In this document: positions 51,002 to 58,539 of the stretch, piece after piece
How positions within the stretch are numbered: the first letter of the stretch is position 1
How the letters are laid out: the number at the start of each line of letters is the position of its first letter
Source: an uncultured Solirubrobacterales bacterium
GTDB taxonomy: Bacteria > Actinomycetota > Thermoleophilia > Solirubrobacterales > JBBDJG01
Direction of reading: 5' to 3'
NCBI GenBank assembly: GCA_963774075.1
Contig: CAVZDP010000003.1
Span: 408,062-472,061 of the forward strand
DNA: 64,000 nucleotides
Position numbers and translations under genes: made by a program
The notes under the pieces: generated by a model
What the model saw: only the letters and a program-made list of their open reading frames with translations
The model's database searches: none
What the model was told of the DNA's origin: nothing

Positions 51002-51789
51002 GCGCGTACCTCTCCGCCGCCGCGATCTACCGCGACGAGGGGGCCTACCTGCGCGAGTGGATCGAGTTCCACCGCCTCGTCGGCGTGCAGCGGTTCTTCC
51101 TCTACGACAACCGCAGCTCCGACGATCACCTCGACGTGCTCGCACCCTACGTCGACGATGGAACAGCGGTGCTGCACGAGTGGCCCGAGGAGCCAGGCCA
51201 GCGCGGCGCATACGACCACTGTCTACGCGAGTACGGGAGCGATTCGCGCTGGATCGCGTTCCTCGACCTGGACGAGTTCCTCTTCTCGCCGACCCTTCAG
51301 CCGCTCTCCGAGCTGCTGGTGGAATACGAGCAATGGGCTGCCGTCGGCGTCAACCGCGCGACGTTCGGCACGTCCGGCCTGAAGACCAGGCCCGACGGGC
51401 TGGTGATCGAGAGCTACGTGATGTACTGGCCGATGGTGGCGAGCATCAAGAGCATCGTGGACCCGAGCCGCACCGTCCGCTACCAGAACCCGCACGCGTT
51501 CGTGTACCGCGACGACGGCTTCGCGGTCGACGAGCACAAAGGCCCGATCGAAGGCTGGTTCACGAAGGAGTTCACCCACGAGCGGCTTCAGATCAATCAC
51601 TACTACACGCGCTCGGAGGCCGAGTTCAGGCACAAGCTCGAGCACGGTCGAGCGGATACCGGCGAGCTGCGTGAGCAGCCGAAGAGTTGGGAGAGGGTGA
51701 GCGGGCGCGAGCGCGACGAGACGATCACCGCGTACGCGCCGGCGCTGAAGGAAGCTCTCGCGAGTCCCCCCACCACGACTGGCGCGTGA
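50998..51789 (+). CDS. GT92-family glycosyltransferase (tandem copy 2 of 4)
   Basis: The ATG at 50998 overlaps the upstream stop (ATGA). It reads MSAYLSAAAIYRDEGAYLREWIEFHRLVGVQRFFLYDNRSSDDHLDVLAPYVDDGTAVLHEWP..RWIAFLDLDEFLFSP..LQINHYYTRSEAEF. Confidence 0.85.
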   Translation: MSAYLSAAAIYRDEGAYLREWIEFHRLVGVQRFFLYDNRSSDDHLDVLAPYVDDGTAVLHEWPEEPGQRGAYDHCLREYGSDSRWIAFLDLDEFLFSPTLQPLSELLVEYEQWAAVGVNRATFGTSGLKTRPDGLVIESYVMYWPMVASIKSIVDPSRTVRYQNPHAFVYRDDGFAVDEHKGPIEGWFTKEFTHERLQINHYYTRSEAEFRHKLEHGRADTGELREQPKSWERVSGRERDETITAYAPALKEALASPPTTTGA

Positions 51790-52598
51790 AGCACTACCTC
51801 TCGGTCTGCGCGATCTATCGCGACGAGGCGTCCTACCTGCACGAATGGGTGACCCTGCACCGCCTCGCCGGCGTGGAGCACTTCTACCTCTACGACAACG
51901 GCAGCGTCGACGAGCACGAGGAGGTGCTCGAGCGCTACGTCGCCGAAGGCCTGGTGGACGTGCTTCCCTGGGACGTCCATCCGGGACAGCTGAAGGCCTA
52001 CGAGCACTGCCTGGCGGAGCGACGGGACGAGTCGCGCTGGATCGCGTTCATCGACATCGACGAGTTCCTCTTCTCCCCGACACTGCGCCCGCTCCCGGAG
52101 CTGCTGGCTGGATATGAGCAGTGGCCGGGAGTCGTCGCGAACTGGGCCGTTTTCGGCACGTCGGGCCACGAGACGAGGCCGGACGGACTCGTCATCGAGA
52201 GCTATCTGAATCGCTCCGGCAACGAGCGGCTGAACAGCCACGTCAAGACCATCGCGGACCCACGGCGAGTCGAGCGGCCGGGTGGCAACCCGCATTTCTT
52301 GGTCTACTCCGAGGGCGAAGCCGTCGATGAGACCGGAGGGCCGGTCGATGGGCCACCGTGGAGCTTCACGGCGGAGGTTCACTTCGACCTGCTGCGCGTC
52401 AACCACTACTACACGAAGTCCGAGCAGGAGTTCCGCACGAAACTCGCCAAGCCCAAGGCACATGGCCCGAAGTACCAGGTGCCCGTCGCCGAGCGCGAAC
52501 GCCTCGAGCCGGCGATTGCGGCGCTGAACGACATCGAGGACCGAACGATCCTCGCGTACCTTCCCAGGCTCCGAGAGGCGCTAGATGCGCTGCAATAA
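51786..52598 (+). CDS. GT92-family glycosyltransferase (tandem copy 3 of 4)
   Basis: The GTG at 51786 overlaps the upstream stop (GTGA). It reads VKHYLSVCAIYRDEASYLHEWVTLHRLAGVEHFYLYDNGSVDEHEEVLERYVAEGLVDVLPWD..RWIAFIDIDEFLFSP..LRVNHYYTKSEQEF. Confidence 0.85.
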   Translation: MKHYLSVCAIYRDEASYLHEWVTLHRLAGVEHFYLYDNGSVDEHEEVLERYVAEGLVDVLPWDVHPGQLKAYEHCLAERRDESRWIAFIDIDEFLFSPTLRPLPELLAGYEQWPGVVANWAVFGTSGHETRPDGLVIESYLNRSGNERLNSHVKTIADPRRVERPGGNPHFLVYSEGEAVDETGGPVDGPPWSFTAEVHFDLLRVNHYYTKSEQEFRTKLAKPKAHGPKYQVPVAERERLEPAIAALNDIEDRTILAYLPRLREALDALQ

Positions 52599-52607
52599 TC
52601 GCAGTCG

Positions 52608-53633
52608 TTGAAGCCGTACCTTTCCGTCTGGGCGCTCTATCAGGACGAGGCGCCGTATCTCCGAGAGTGGATCGAGTTCCACCGCCTGATGGGCGTGGAG
52701 CGCTTCTACCTGTACGACCACGACAGCGTCGACGACCACCGCGAGCAGCTCGCGCCCTACGTCGCCGACGGCACGGTGGTGTTTTACGACTGGCCGATCG
52801 ACCCGGGGCAGGTCCAGGCTGCCAACCATTGCCTCGAGCACCACCGAGACGAGACGCGCTGGCTCACCTTCCTCGACCTCGACGAGTTCCTCTTCTCGCC
52901 GACGGGCAGGCCGCTTCCCGAGGTGCTCGCCGACTACGAGCAGTGGCCCGGCGTCGTGGTCAACTGGGCGACGTTCGGCACGTGCGGCCACGAGACGCCG
53001 CCCGACGGGCTCGTGATCGAGAACTACACCTCCCGTACCGACAACCCTGGGATCAACGGGAACAAGAAGACGATCGTCGACCCGGCCCGCGTGATCCAGA
53101 ACCGTGGCGGGTTGTTCGACTACACCGAGGGCTTCTCGGTGGACGAAAACATGGAGCAGGCGGACGGCCGCGTGTCGGAGAAGGTCTCGTTCTCGCGCCT
53201 CCGGATCAACCACTATCACACGAAGTCGGCGATCGAGTTCGAGCGCAAGATCGCCAAGCCTCGAGCGGACCGGCGCGGCGTGCGAGATACGAGCAAGCGG
53301 CTGCGGGGGAAGATCCTGGGCGGCCTGAACGAGGTCCACGACGAGACGCTCGTCCCGTATGGGCCGGCGGTGCGCGAGGCGCTAGAGCGCACCGAGAGCC
53401 GCTGGCGCGAGGCGGGCGGTGGCGCGCGTGGCAACGCTTTCGAGGTCGACCCGCAGGCGCTCCAGTTCGCGCGCGACGTCCTGATGGGCGTCGCGGTCTG
53501 CTCGGCCGACGGCGATCCGTACCCGCACGTGGACCTGGTCGAGAAGGCGGCGGCCATGCTCGTCGGGCGGCCGTACCCCGAGCGCGACGGGCCCGAGACG
53601 CCCGAGACGTCCGAGACGTCCGAGACGGCGTAA
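52608..53633 (+). CDS. GT92-family glycosyltransferase (tandem copy 4 of 4) with a ~90-aa C-terminal extension
   Basis: The TTG start is at 52608. It reads MKPYLSVWALYQDEAPYLREWIEFHRLMGVERFYLYDHDSVDDHREQLAPYVADGTVVFYDWP..RWLTFLDLDEFLFSP..LRINHYHTKSAIEF. The tail ends in PETPETSETSETA. Confidence 0.85.
   Translation: MKPYLSVWALYQDEAPYLREWIEFHRLMGVERFYLYDHDSVDDHREQLAPYVADGTVVFYDWPIDPGQVQAANHCLEHHRDETRWLTFLDLDEFLFSPTGRPLPEVLADYEQWPGVVVNWATFGTCGHETPPDGLVIENYTSRTDNPGINGNKKTIVDPARVIQNRGGLFDYTEGFSVDENMEQADGRVSEKVSFSRLRINHYHTKSAIEFERKIAKPRADRRGVRDTSKRLRGKILGGLNEVHDETLVPYGPAVREALERTESRWREAGGGARGNAFEVDPQALQFARDVLMGVAVCSADGDPYPHVDLVEKAAAMLVGRPYPERDGPETPETSETSETA
53592..53627 (+). repeat. Four tandem 9-nt units (CCCGAGACG x2, TCCGAGACG x2) encoding PET-PET-SET-SET at the 3' end of the last GT92 gene
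   Basis: Read directly from the sequence. The units lie at 53592-53600, 53601-53609, 53610-53618 and 53619-53627. The stop codon is at 53631-53633. Confidence 0.9.
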
Positions 53634-53636
53634 CCG

Positions 53637-54797
53637 ATGCCCGCGGTTGTCGTCGGCGGCGCTGTCGCCAACAAGCTGCTGAACGGCGGCGAGGCCTGGG
53701 TTCGCCTGAGCTGGCTGCTGGGCCTGGCGCGGCTGGGCTGCGACACGTACTTCGTCGAACAGATACACCCTTCGAGCTGCGTGGACCGCGACGGGCGACC
53801 CGCGGAGTTCGAGGACTCCGCCAACCGTCGGTACTTCGACGCGGTCATGCGCGAGTTCGGGCTCGAGCGCTCGTCGGCGCTGCTCCTCGAGGGGAGCGAG
53901 CACACGAGCGGCATGGCCTACGACGATCTACTCGAGCTGGCGGCATCGGCCGACCTGCTGATCAACGTCAGCGGTCACCTCAGCGCCGAGCCGGTCATGA
54001 CGCGGCTGCGGCGCAAGGCCTACGTCGACCTCGACCCCGGCTTCACCCAGTTCTGGCACGCGAGCGGCCGCCCCGGCGCCCGCCTGGAGGGACACGACTG
54101 GTTCTTCACGGTGGGCGAGAACATCGGGAGACCGTCCAGCACCGTGCCCACCGGGGGCATCGACTGGCGCCCCGTGCGCCCACCCGTCGTGCTCGACGAG
54201 TGGCCTCGGGCGGAGATTCTCGAAGCGCGGCGCTTCACGACGATCGCCACCTGGCGCAGCGGTTACGGCACGGTGGAGCACGAAGGCCGCACGTACGGCC
54301 TCAAGGTGCACGAGTTCCGCAAGATCGTGGACCTTCCCCGGCGCGTGCGCGCCCGTTTCGAGCTCGCGCTCGACATCCATCCCGGCGACTCACGCGATCT
54401 GGAGTCGCTTCGCGAGCATGGCTGGCAGATCGTGGACCCGCGGGAGGTGGCGGTGACCCCGGATGCGTTCCGCGCCTACGTGCAGGGCTCCGGAGCTGAG
54501 TTCTCGGTGGCGCAGGGCGTCTACGTCGACACGCGCTCCGGCTGGTTCAGCGACAGGACCGTGCGTTACCTCGCCTCGGGAAGGCCGGCTCTGGTGCAGG
54601 AGACCGGGTTCAGCGACAACTACCCGACGGGCGAGGGCCTGCTCTCCTTCTCGTCGCTCGAGGAGGCGGTGGCGGGCGCCGACGCGATCGAATCCCGCTA
54701 TGAGGAGCACAGCGAGGCGGCGCGGGCGCTGGCGGAGCGCTTCTTCGACTCAGACGACGTCCTGAGCTCGTTTCTGGAGCAGGTGGGAGTTCGGTAG
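53637..54797 (+). CDS. ~380-aa GT-B-like protein (family member 3 of 4)
   Basis: It reads MPAVVVGGAVANKLLNGGEAWVRLSWLLGLARLGCDTYFVE..LINVSGH..AYVDLDPGFTQFW..SGWFSDRTVRYLASGRPALVQETGFS..GLLSFSSLEEAV. It is colinear with the ORFs at 39332 and 55586 and with the N-terminus of the ORF at 4103. Confidence 0.8.
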   Translation: MPAVVVGGAVANKLLNGGEAWVRLSWLLGLARLGCDTYFVEQIHPSSCVDRDGRPAEFEDSANRRYFDAVMREFGLERSSALLLEGSEHTSGMAYDDLLELAASADLLINVSGHLSAEPVMTRLRRKAYVDLDPGFTQFWHASGRPGARLEGHDWFFTVGENIGRPSSTVPTGGIDWRPVRPPVVLDEWPRAEILEARRFTTIATWRSGYGTVEHEGRTYGLKVHEFRKIVDLPRRVRARFELALDIHPGDSRDLESLREHGWQIVDPREVAVTPDAFRAYVQGSGAEFSVAQGVYVDTRSGWFSDRTVRYLASGRPALVQETGFSDNYPTGEGLLSFSSLEEAVAGADAIESRYEEHSEAARALAERFFDSDDVLSSFLEQVGVR

Positions 54798-55562
54798 ATG
54801 AGCGATCCCACGAGCCACGCGCAGCACGGGGACCCGGCGCAGGCGCCCGCTGCGACCCCGGACTGGCCCACCTTCCCCGGCGGTCCGCGCGCTCAGCGGC
54901 TGCACTCGATGGTGATGACGCGCCACTTCATCCTGATACACGTCCCGCGCACGGGCGGACAGTTCATTCGCAAGGTGTGCTTCGAGCACCTGCCGGCGAC
55001 GTGGTTCATCCGCAACGCGCTCGACGCGCATACTCCGTACGACGTGATCGCGGACGACTTCGCCCAGCTCCCGATGTTCGCTGTGGCACGCAATCCGTGG
55101 GACTGGTACGTGTCCTGGTACCACTACCTGACCCAGACCGACGCCGCCGACAGGACCGGCCCGATGTGGACCTCCGCCTTCGACAGCGGTAGAAGCGACT
55201 TCAAGTCCACGGTCACGGCAGCGTGCAGCGGGCGCGGGTTCACCAACCCGCGCACGGAGCCCATCATGCGCGAGCTCGACTGCGACCACCTCTCCGCCGT
55301 CTACATGCGGATCGCGGGCCGGGGAGTGGATGCCGGGCGCGTGCAGGTCGGGCGCTTCGAATCGCTCCAGCTCGATTTCCTCGCGTTCCTCGAGCGCCAT
55401 CAGGTGCCGACCGGGCGCGCGTTCGAGCGAACGGTCATGGCCGAGCCACCGTTCGGGTCCAGCAAGCGGGGGCGCTACCAGGACTACTACGACGATGAGC
55501 TGCGCGATCTGGTGGCCGAGAAGGCGCGCCGCCTGATCGCCGCCCACGGGTACGAGTTCTGA
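54798..55562 (+). CDS. Sulfotransferase-family protein (HxPRTGG type)
   Basis: It reads FILIHVPRTGGQFIRKV (the PAPS-binding loop) and is related to the ORF at 37349. ATG 54798 directly abuts the upstream TAG. An alternative start at ATG 54909 (MVMTRHF) would match the paralog's N-terminus. Confidence 0.7.
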   Translation: MSDPTSHAQHGDPAQAPAATPDWPTFPGGPRAQRLHSMVMTRHFILIHVPRTGGQFIRKVCFEHLPATWFIRNALDAHTPYDVIADDFAQLPMFAVARNPWDWYVSWYHYLTQTDAADRTGPMWTSAFDSGRSDFKSTVTAACSGRGFTNPRTEPIMRELDCDHLSAVYMRIAGRGVDAGRVQVGRFESLQLDFLAFLERHQVPTGRAFERTVMAEPPFGSSKRGRYQDYYDDELRDLVAEKARRLIAAHGYEF

Positions 55563-55585
55563 GCGACCGCCGGCTGAGACTGATC

Positions 55586-56719
55586 GTGAGCGGGATGGTC
55601 GCCGCCGTCCCGCGTCAGGGGGGCGCCGCCTGGGCGGTGCTCCAGTACGTGCTCGGGCTGCGGCGGCTGGGCCACGAGGTCCTGCTCGTGGAGGAGTACG
55701 GCCAGCGACCGGACGAGTCGGGCGGAAAGCCGCTCGCCCAGTCCGCGGCAGGCCTCTACTTCAGCGGACTCGCCTCCCGCTTCGGGATCGAGGACTCCGC
55801 GGCGCTCCTGCGCGCCGGGAGCGAGGAGACGGTCGGGCTGCCGTACGCGCGCCTCGTCGAAGCGGCCGCCGGCGCCGACGCACTCGTCAACATCTCGGGC
55901 ATCCTCACCGACGAGCGCCTGCTCGAGCCGATACCCGTCCGCGTCTACCTCGACCTCGATCCCGCGTTCACGCAGCTGTGGCAGGACGAGGGCATCGACA
56001 TGCGCTTCGGCGGCCACACGCACTTCGCGACGGTCGGCAAGGCGATCGGCACGCCAGAGTGCGACCTCCCCACGTGCGGGCGCGACTGGATCACGACCCT
56101 CCCACCCGTCGTGCTGGAGCACTGGCCGCGAGCAGAGAAGATCGAGCACGACGCTCTCACCACCATCGCGAACTGGCGCGGTTACGGCTCGGTGGAGCGC
56201 GACGGCGTTCATTACGGCCAGAAGGTTCATTCGCTGCGCGAGCTGATCGAGCTTCCCCTCAAGGCCCCGATCCGCTTCCTGCTCGCCCTCGCGATCCACC
56301 CGGACGAGGCGCGCGACCTCGAGGCACTCGAGCGCAACGGATGGGAGTTGACGAGCGCCGACCTCGCCGCCGGCACGCCGGACGCCTACCGCGACTTCAT
56401 CCGGGGATCGCTGGCCGAGTTCGGGTTCGCCAAGAGCGGCTACGTGCTGTCTGGCTCCGGCTGGTTCAGTGATCGCAGCGCCTGCTATCTGGCGTCCGGG
56501 CGGCCGGTGATCGCGCAGGAGACCGGCTGGAGCCGGTTCATCCCCGCCGGAGAGGGACTGTTCGCGTTCAGCAGCCAGGAAGACGTCGTCGCTGCTGTCG
56601 TCGAGATGAAGAGCGACTATGAGCGTCATGCCCGCGCCGCTCGGCGGCTGGCAGAGCGCCATCTGGACTCGGACGTGGTGTTGCCGCGCCTCTTGTCAGA
56701 GCTCGGTCTGGACGCGTGA
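55586..56719 (+). CDS. ~380-aa GT-B-like protein (family member 4 of 4)
   Basis: It reads GGAAWAVLQYVLGLRRLGHEVLLVE..LVNISGI..VYLDLDPAFTQLW..SGWFSDRSACYLASGRPVIAQETGWS..GLFAFSSQEDVV. Confidence 0.8.
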   Translation: MSGMVAAVPRQGGAAWAVLQYVLGLRRLGHEVLLVEEYGQRPDESGGKPLAQSAAGLYFSGLASRFGIEDSAALLRAGSEETVGLPYARLVEAAAGADALVNISGILTDERLLEPIPVRVYLDLDPAFTQLWQDEGIDMRFGGHTHFATVGKAIGTPECDLPTCGRDWITTLPPVVLEHWPRAEKIEHDALTTIANWRGYGSVERDGVHYGQKVHSLRELIELPLKAPIRFLLALAIHPDEARDLEALERNGWELTSADLAAGTPDAYRDFIRGSLAEFGFAKSGYVLSGSGWFSDRSACYLASGRPVIAQETGWSRFIPAGEGLFAFSSQEDVVAAVVEMKSDYERHARAARRLAERHLDSDVVLPRLLSELGLDA

Positions 56720-57735
56720 CCCAAACCTCAGACGCCGACCTCCGCGCGGGGCTCGAGCGGGCGCTCGCCGAGGCGTCCGCGCAGCCGGGGCCCATCGCGC
56801 GCCTGGAGCGCCGTCCCTGTCCCTACCAGACGAGCTTCACACTCGAGGAGCTCGACGTCGAGCTCGAAGGCGGAGAGACGCTGGAGCTGGTCTTCAAGGA
56901 CCTCGCTCGCGACGCCCTGTCCGAGGAGGCACGCGATGCCAAGCCGGCCTTCCTGCACGACCCGGAGCGCGAGATCGAGGCCTACTCACGTGTGCTCTCG
57001 AACGCCGGCCTCGGCACGCCCCGCTTCTACGGCGCGGCCGTGGAGCCTCGACTCTCCCGCTACTGGCTCTTCATCGAGCGGGTCGAGGGAGTGCCGCTCT
57101 GGCAGATCGGGGAGCTCGAGCGCTGGCGGCACGTCGCTCGCTGGCTGGCTCGGATGCACGAACGCTTCCTGAGCGAGCGAGCGCCGTGGGAGGACGCGAG
57201 GCATCTGCTTCGGTACGACGCGGACCTCTTCAGGGTCTGGCCCGAGCGCGCCCGCGACCTGGCGCGGCGGGCGACGGACGAGGAGGCGCCCTCCCGGCTC
57301 GAGCGAATCGAGTGGATCGCCGCCCGCTACGAGCCGGTCGTGGAGCGCCTCGGTTCGCTCCAACAGACGTTCCTGCACGGCGAGCTCTACGCCTCAAACG
57401 TGCTGATACCCGAAACGGGCTCGGAAGGCCGCGTGAGCCCGATCGACTGGGAGCAGGCCGCGATCGGGCCGGGCATGATCGACCTCGCCGCGCTGTCCGC
57501 AGGGGATTGGGACGAAGAGCAGCGCGCTTCGCTCGCCGACGCCTACGCAGGAGCGCTCGAGCGCCCGGAGGCGCTCGGCGCCGGCCCGGAGGACATCACC
57601 GGGTCACTGGACTGCTGCCTGCTGCATCTGGCGATGCAGTGGCTGGGCTGGGCAGAGCGCTGGCGGCCGCCGCGAGAGCACGCGCACGACTGGCTCGAGG
57701 AGGCGACGGGAGCGGCGCAGAGGCTGGGCCTGTGA
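56716..57735 (+). CDS. Aminoglycoside/choline-kinase-like phosphotransferase (APH fold) with Glu in place of the usual catalytic-loop Asp
   Basis: The GTG start overlaps the upstream stop (GTGA). It reads LVFKDL..YWLFIERVEG..FLHGELYASNVLI..VSPIDWEQAAIGPGMIDLA, which has the layout of the HGDxxxxN / IDW(E/D) kinase motifs but with HGE. Confidence 0.7.
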   Translation: MTQTSDADLRAGLERALAEASAQPGPIARLERRPCPYQTSFTLEELDVELEGGETLELVFKDLARDALSEEARDAKPAFLHDPEREIEAYSRVLSNAGLGTPRFYGAAVEPRLSRYWLFIERVEGVPLWQIGELERWRHVARWLARMHERFLSERAPWEDARHLLRYDADLFRVWPERARDLARRATDEEAPSRLERIEWIAARYEPVVERLGSLQQTFLHGELYASNVLIPETGSEGRVSPIDWEQAAIGPGMIDLAALSAGDWDEEQRASLADAYAGALERPEALGAGPEDITGSLDCCLLHLAMQWLGWAERWRPPREHAHDWLEEATGAAQRLGL

Positions 57736-57775
57736 GCGGGGTGGGCCCGGTCGATCCGGGATCATCCGAGCTGAG

Positions 57776-58480
57776 ATGATGATTTCGCAGGACGGCCGCT
57801 TCCTGATCGTGAACGCCGATGACTTCGGTCACAGCGCGGGCGTCAACGCCGGCGTCATCAAGGCCCACGAGCGCGGGATCGTGACGAGCGCGAGCCTGAT
57901 GGTGCGAGGCGGCGCCGCTGCCGGGGCGGCGGCCTACGGGCGCGGCTCGTCGCTCAGCCTGGGACTGCACGTCGACCTCGGAGAGTGGTCCTGGGGCGAT
58001 GGCGACTGGGTGGAGCGCTACGAGGTGGTCCCGATGGAGGATGGGGCGGCCGTCGAGGGAGAGGTGCGGCGCCAGCTCGAGCGCTTTCACGAGCTGGTCG
58101 GGCGCGGCCCCAGTCACTTGGACTCGCATCAGCACGTCCACACCTCCGAGCCGGCCGCGGGCGTGCTCGTGCGGCTGGCGCAGGAGCTGGGCGTGCCGTT
58201 GAGGCACAGCGGCCAGGTCCGCTACTGCGGGGACCTCTACGGGCAAACCTCCACCGGCGAGCCGATGCGGGAGGCGATCGGGGTCGAAAACCTGATCGAG
58301 ATCCTGCGCCGGCTCGAGCCGGGGGTCACCGAGCTCGCCTGCCACCCCGGCGAGGGCAGCGACATCGACTCCCCCTACCGTTACGAGCGCGAGGAGGAGC
58401 TGAGCGCCCTCTGCGATTCGAGGGTTCGCGCGACGATCGAGGCCGAGGGCATAGTCCTTCGATCTTTCGCGGACATTTAG
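57776..58480 (+). CDS. YdjC/ChbG-family carbohydrate deacetylase
   Basis: It reads FLIVNADDFGHSAGVNAGVIKAHERGIVTSASLMV..LGLHVDL..HLDSHQHVH, the hallmark YdjC motifs. Confidence 0.8.
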   Translation: MMISQDGRFLIVNADDFGHSAGVNAGVIKAHERGIVTSASLMVRGGAAAGAAAYGRGSSLSLGLHVDLGEWSWGDGDWVERYEVVPMEDGAAVEGEVRRQLERFHELVGRGPSHLDSHQHVHTSEPAAGVLVRLAQELGVPLRHSGQVRYCGDLYGQTSTGEPMREAIGVENLIEILRRLEPGVTELACHPGEGSDIDSPYRYEREEELSALCDSRVRATIEAEGIVLRSFADI

Positions 58481-58539
58481 CCTCCCCCCGCACCGCGACC
58501 GCCGAGGCCGGGGGCCGCCGACCTGTAACTTTCCCGCTC

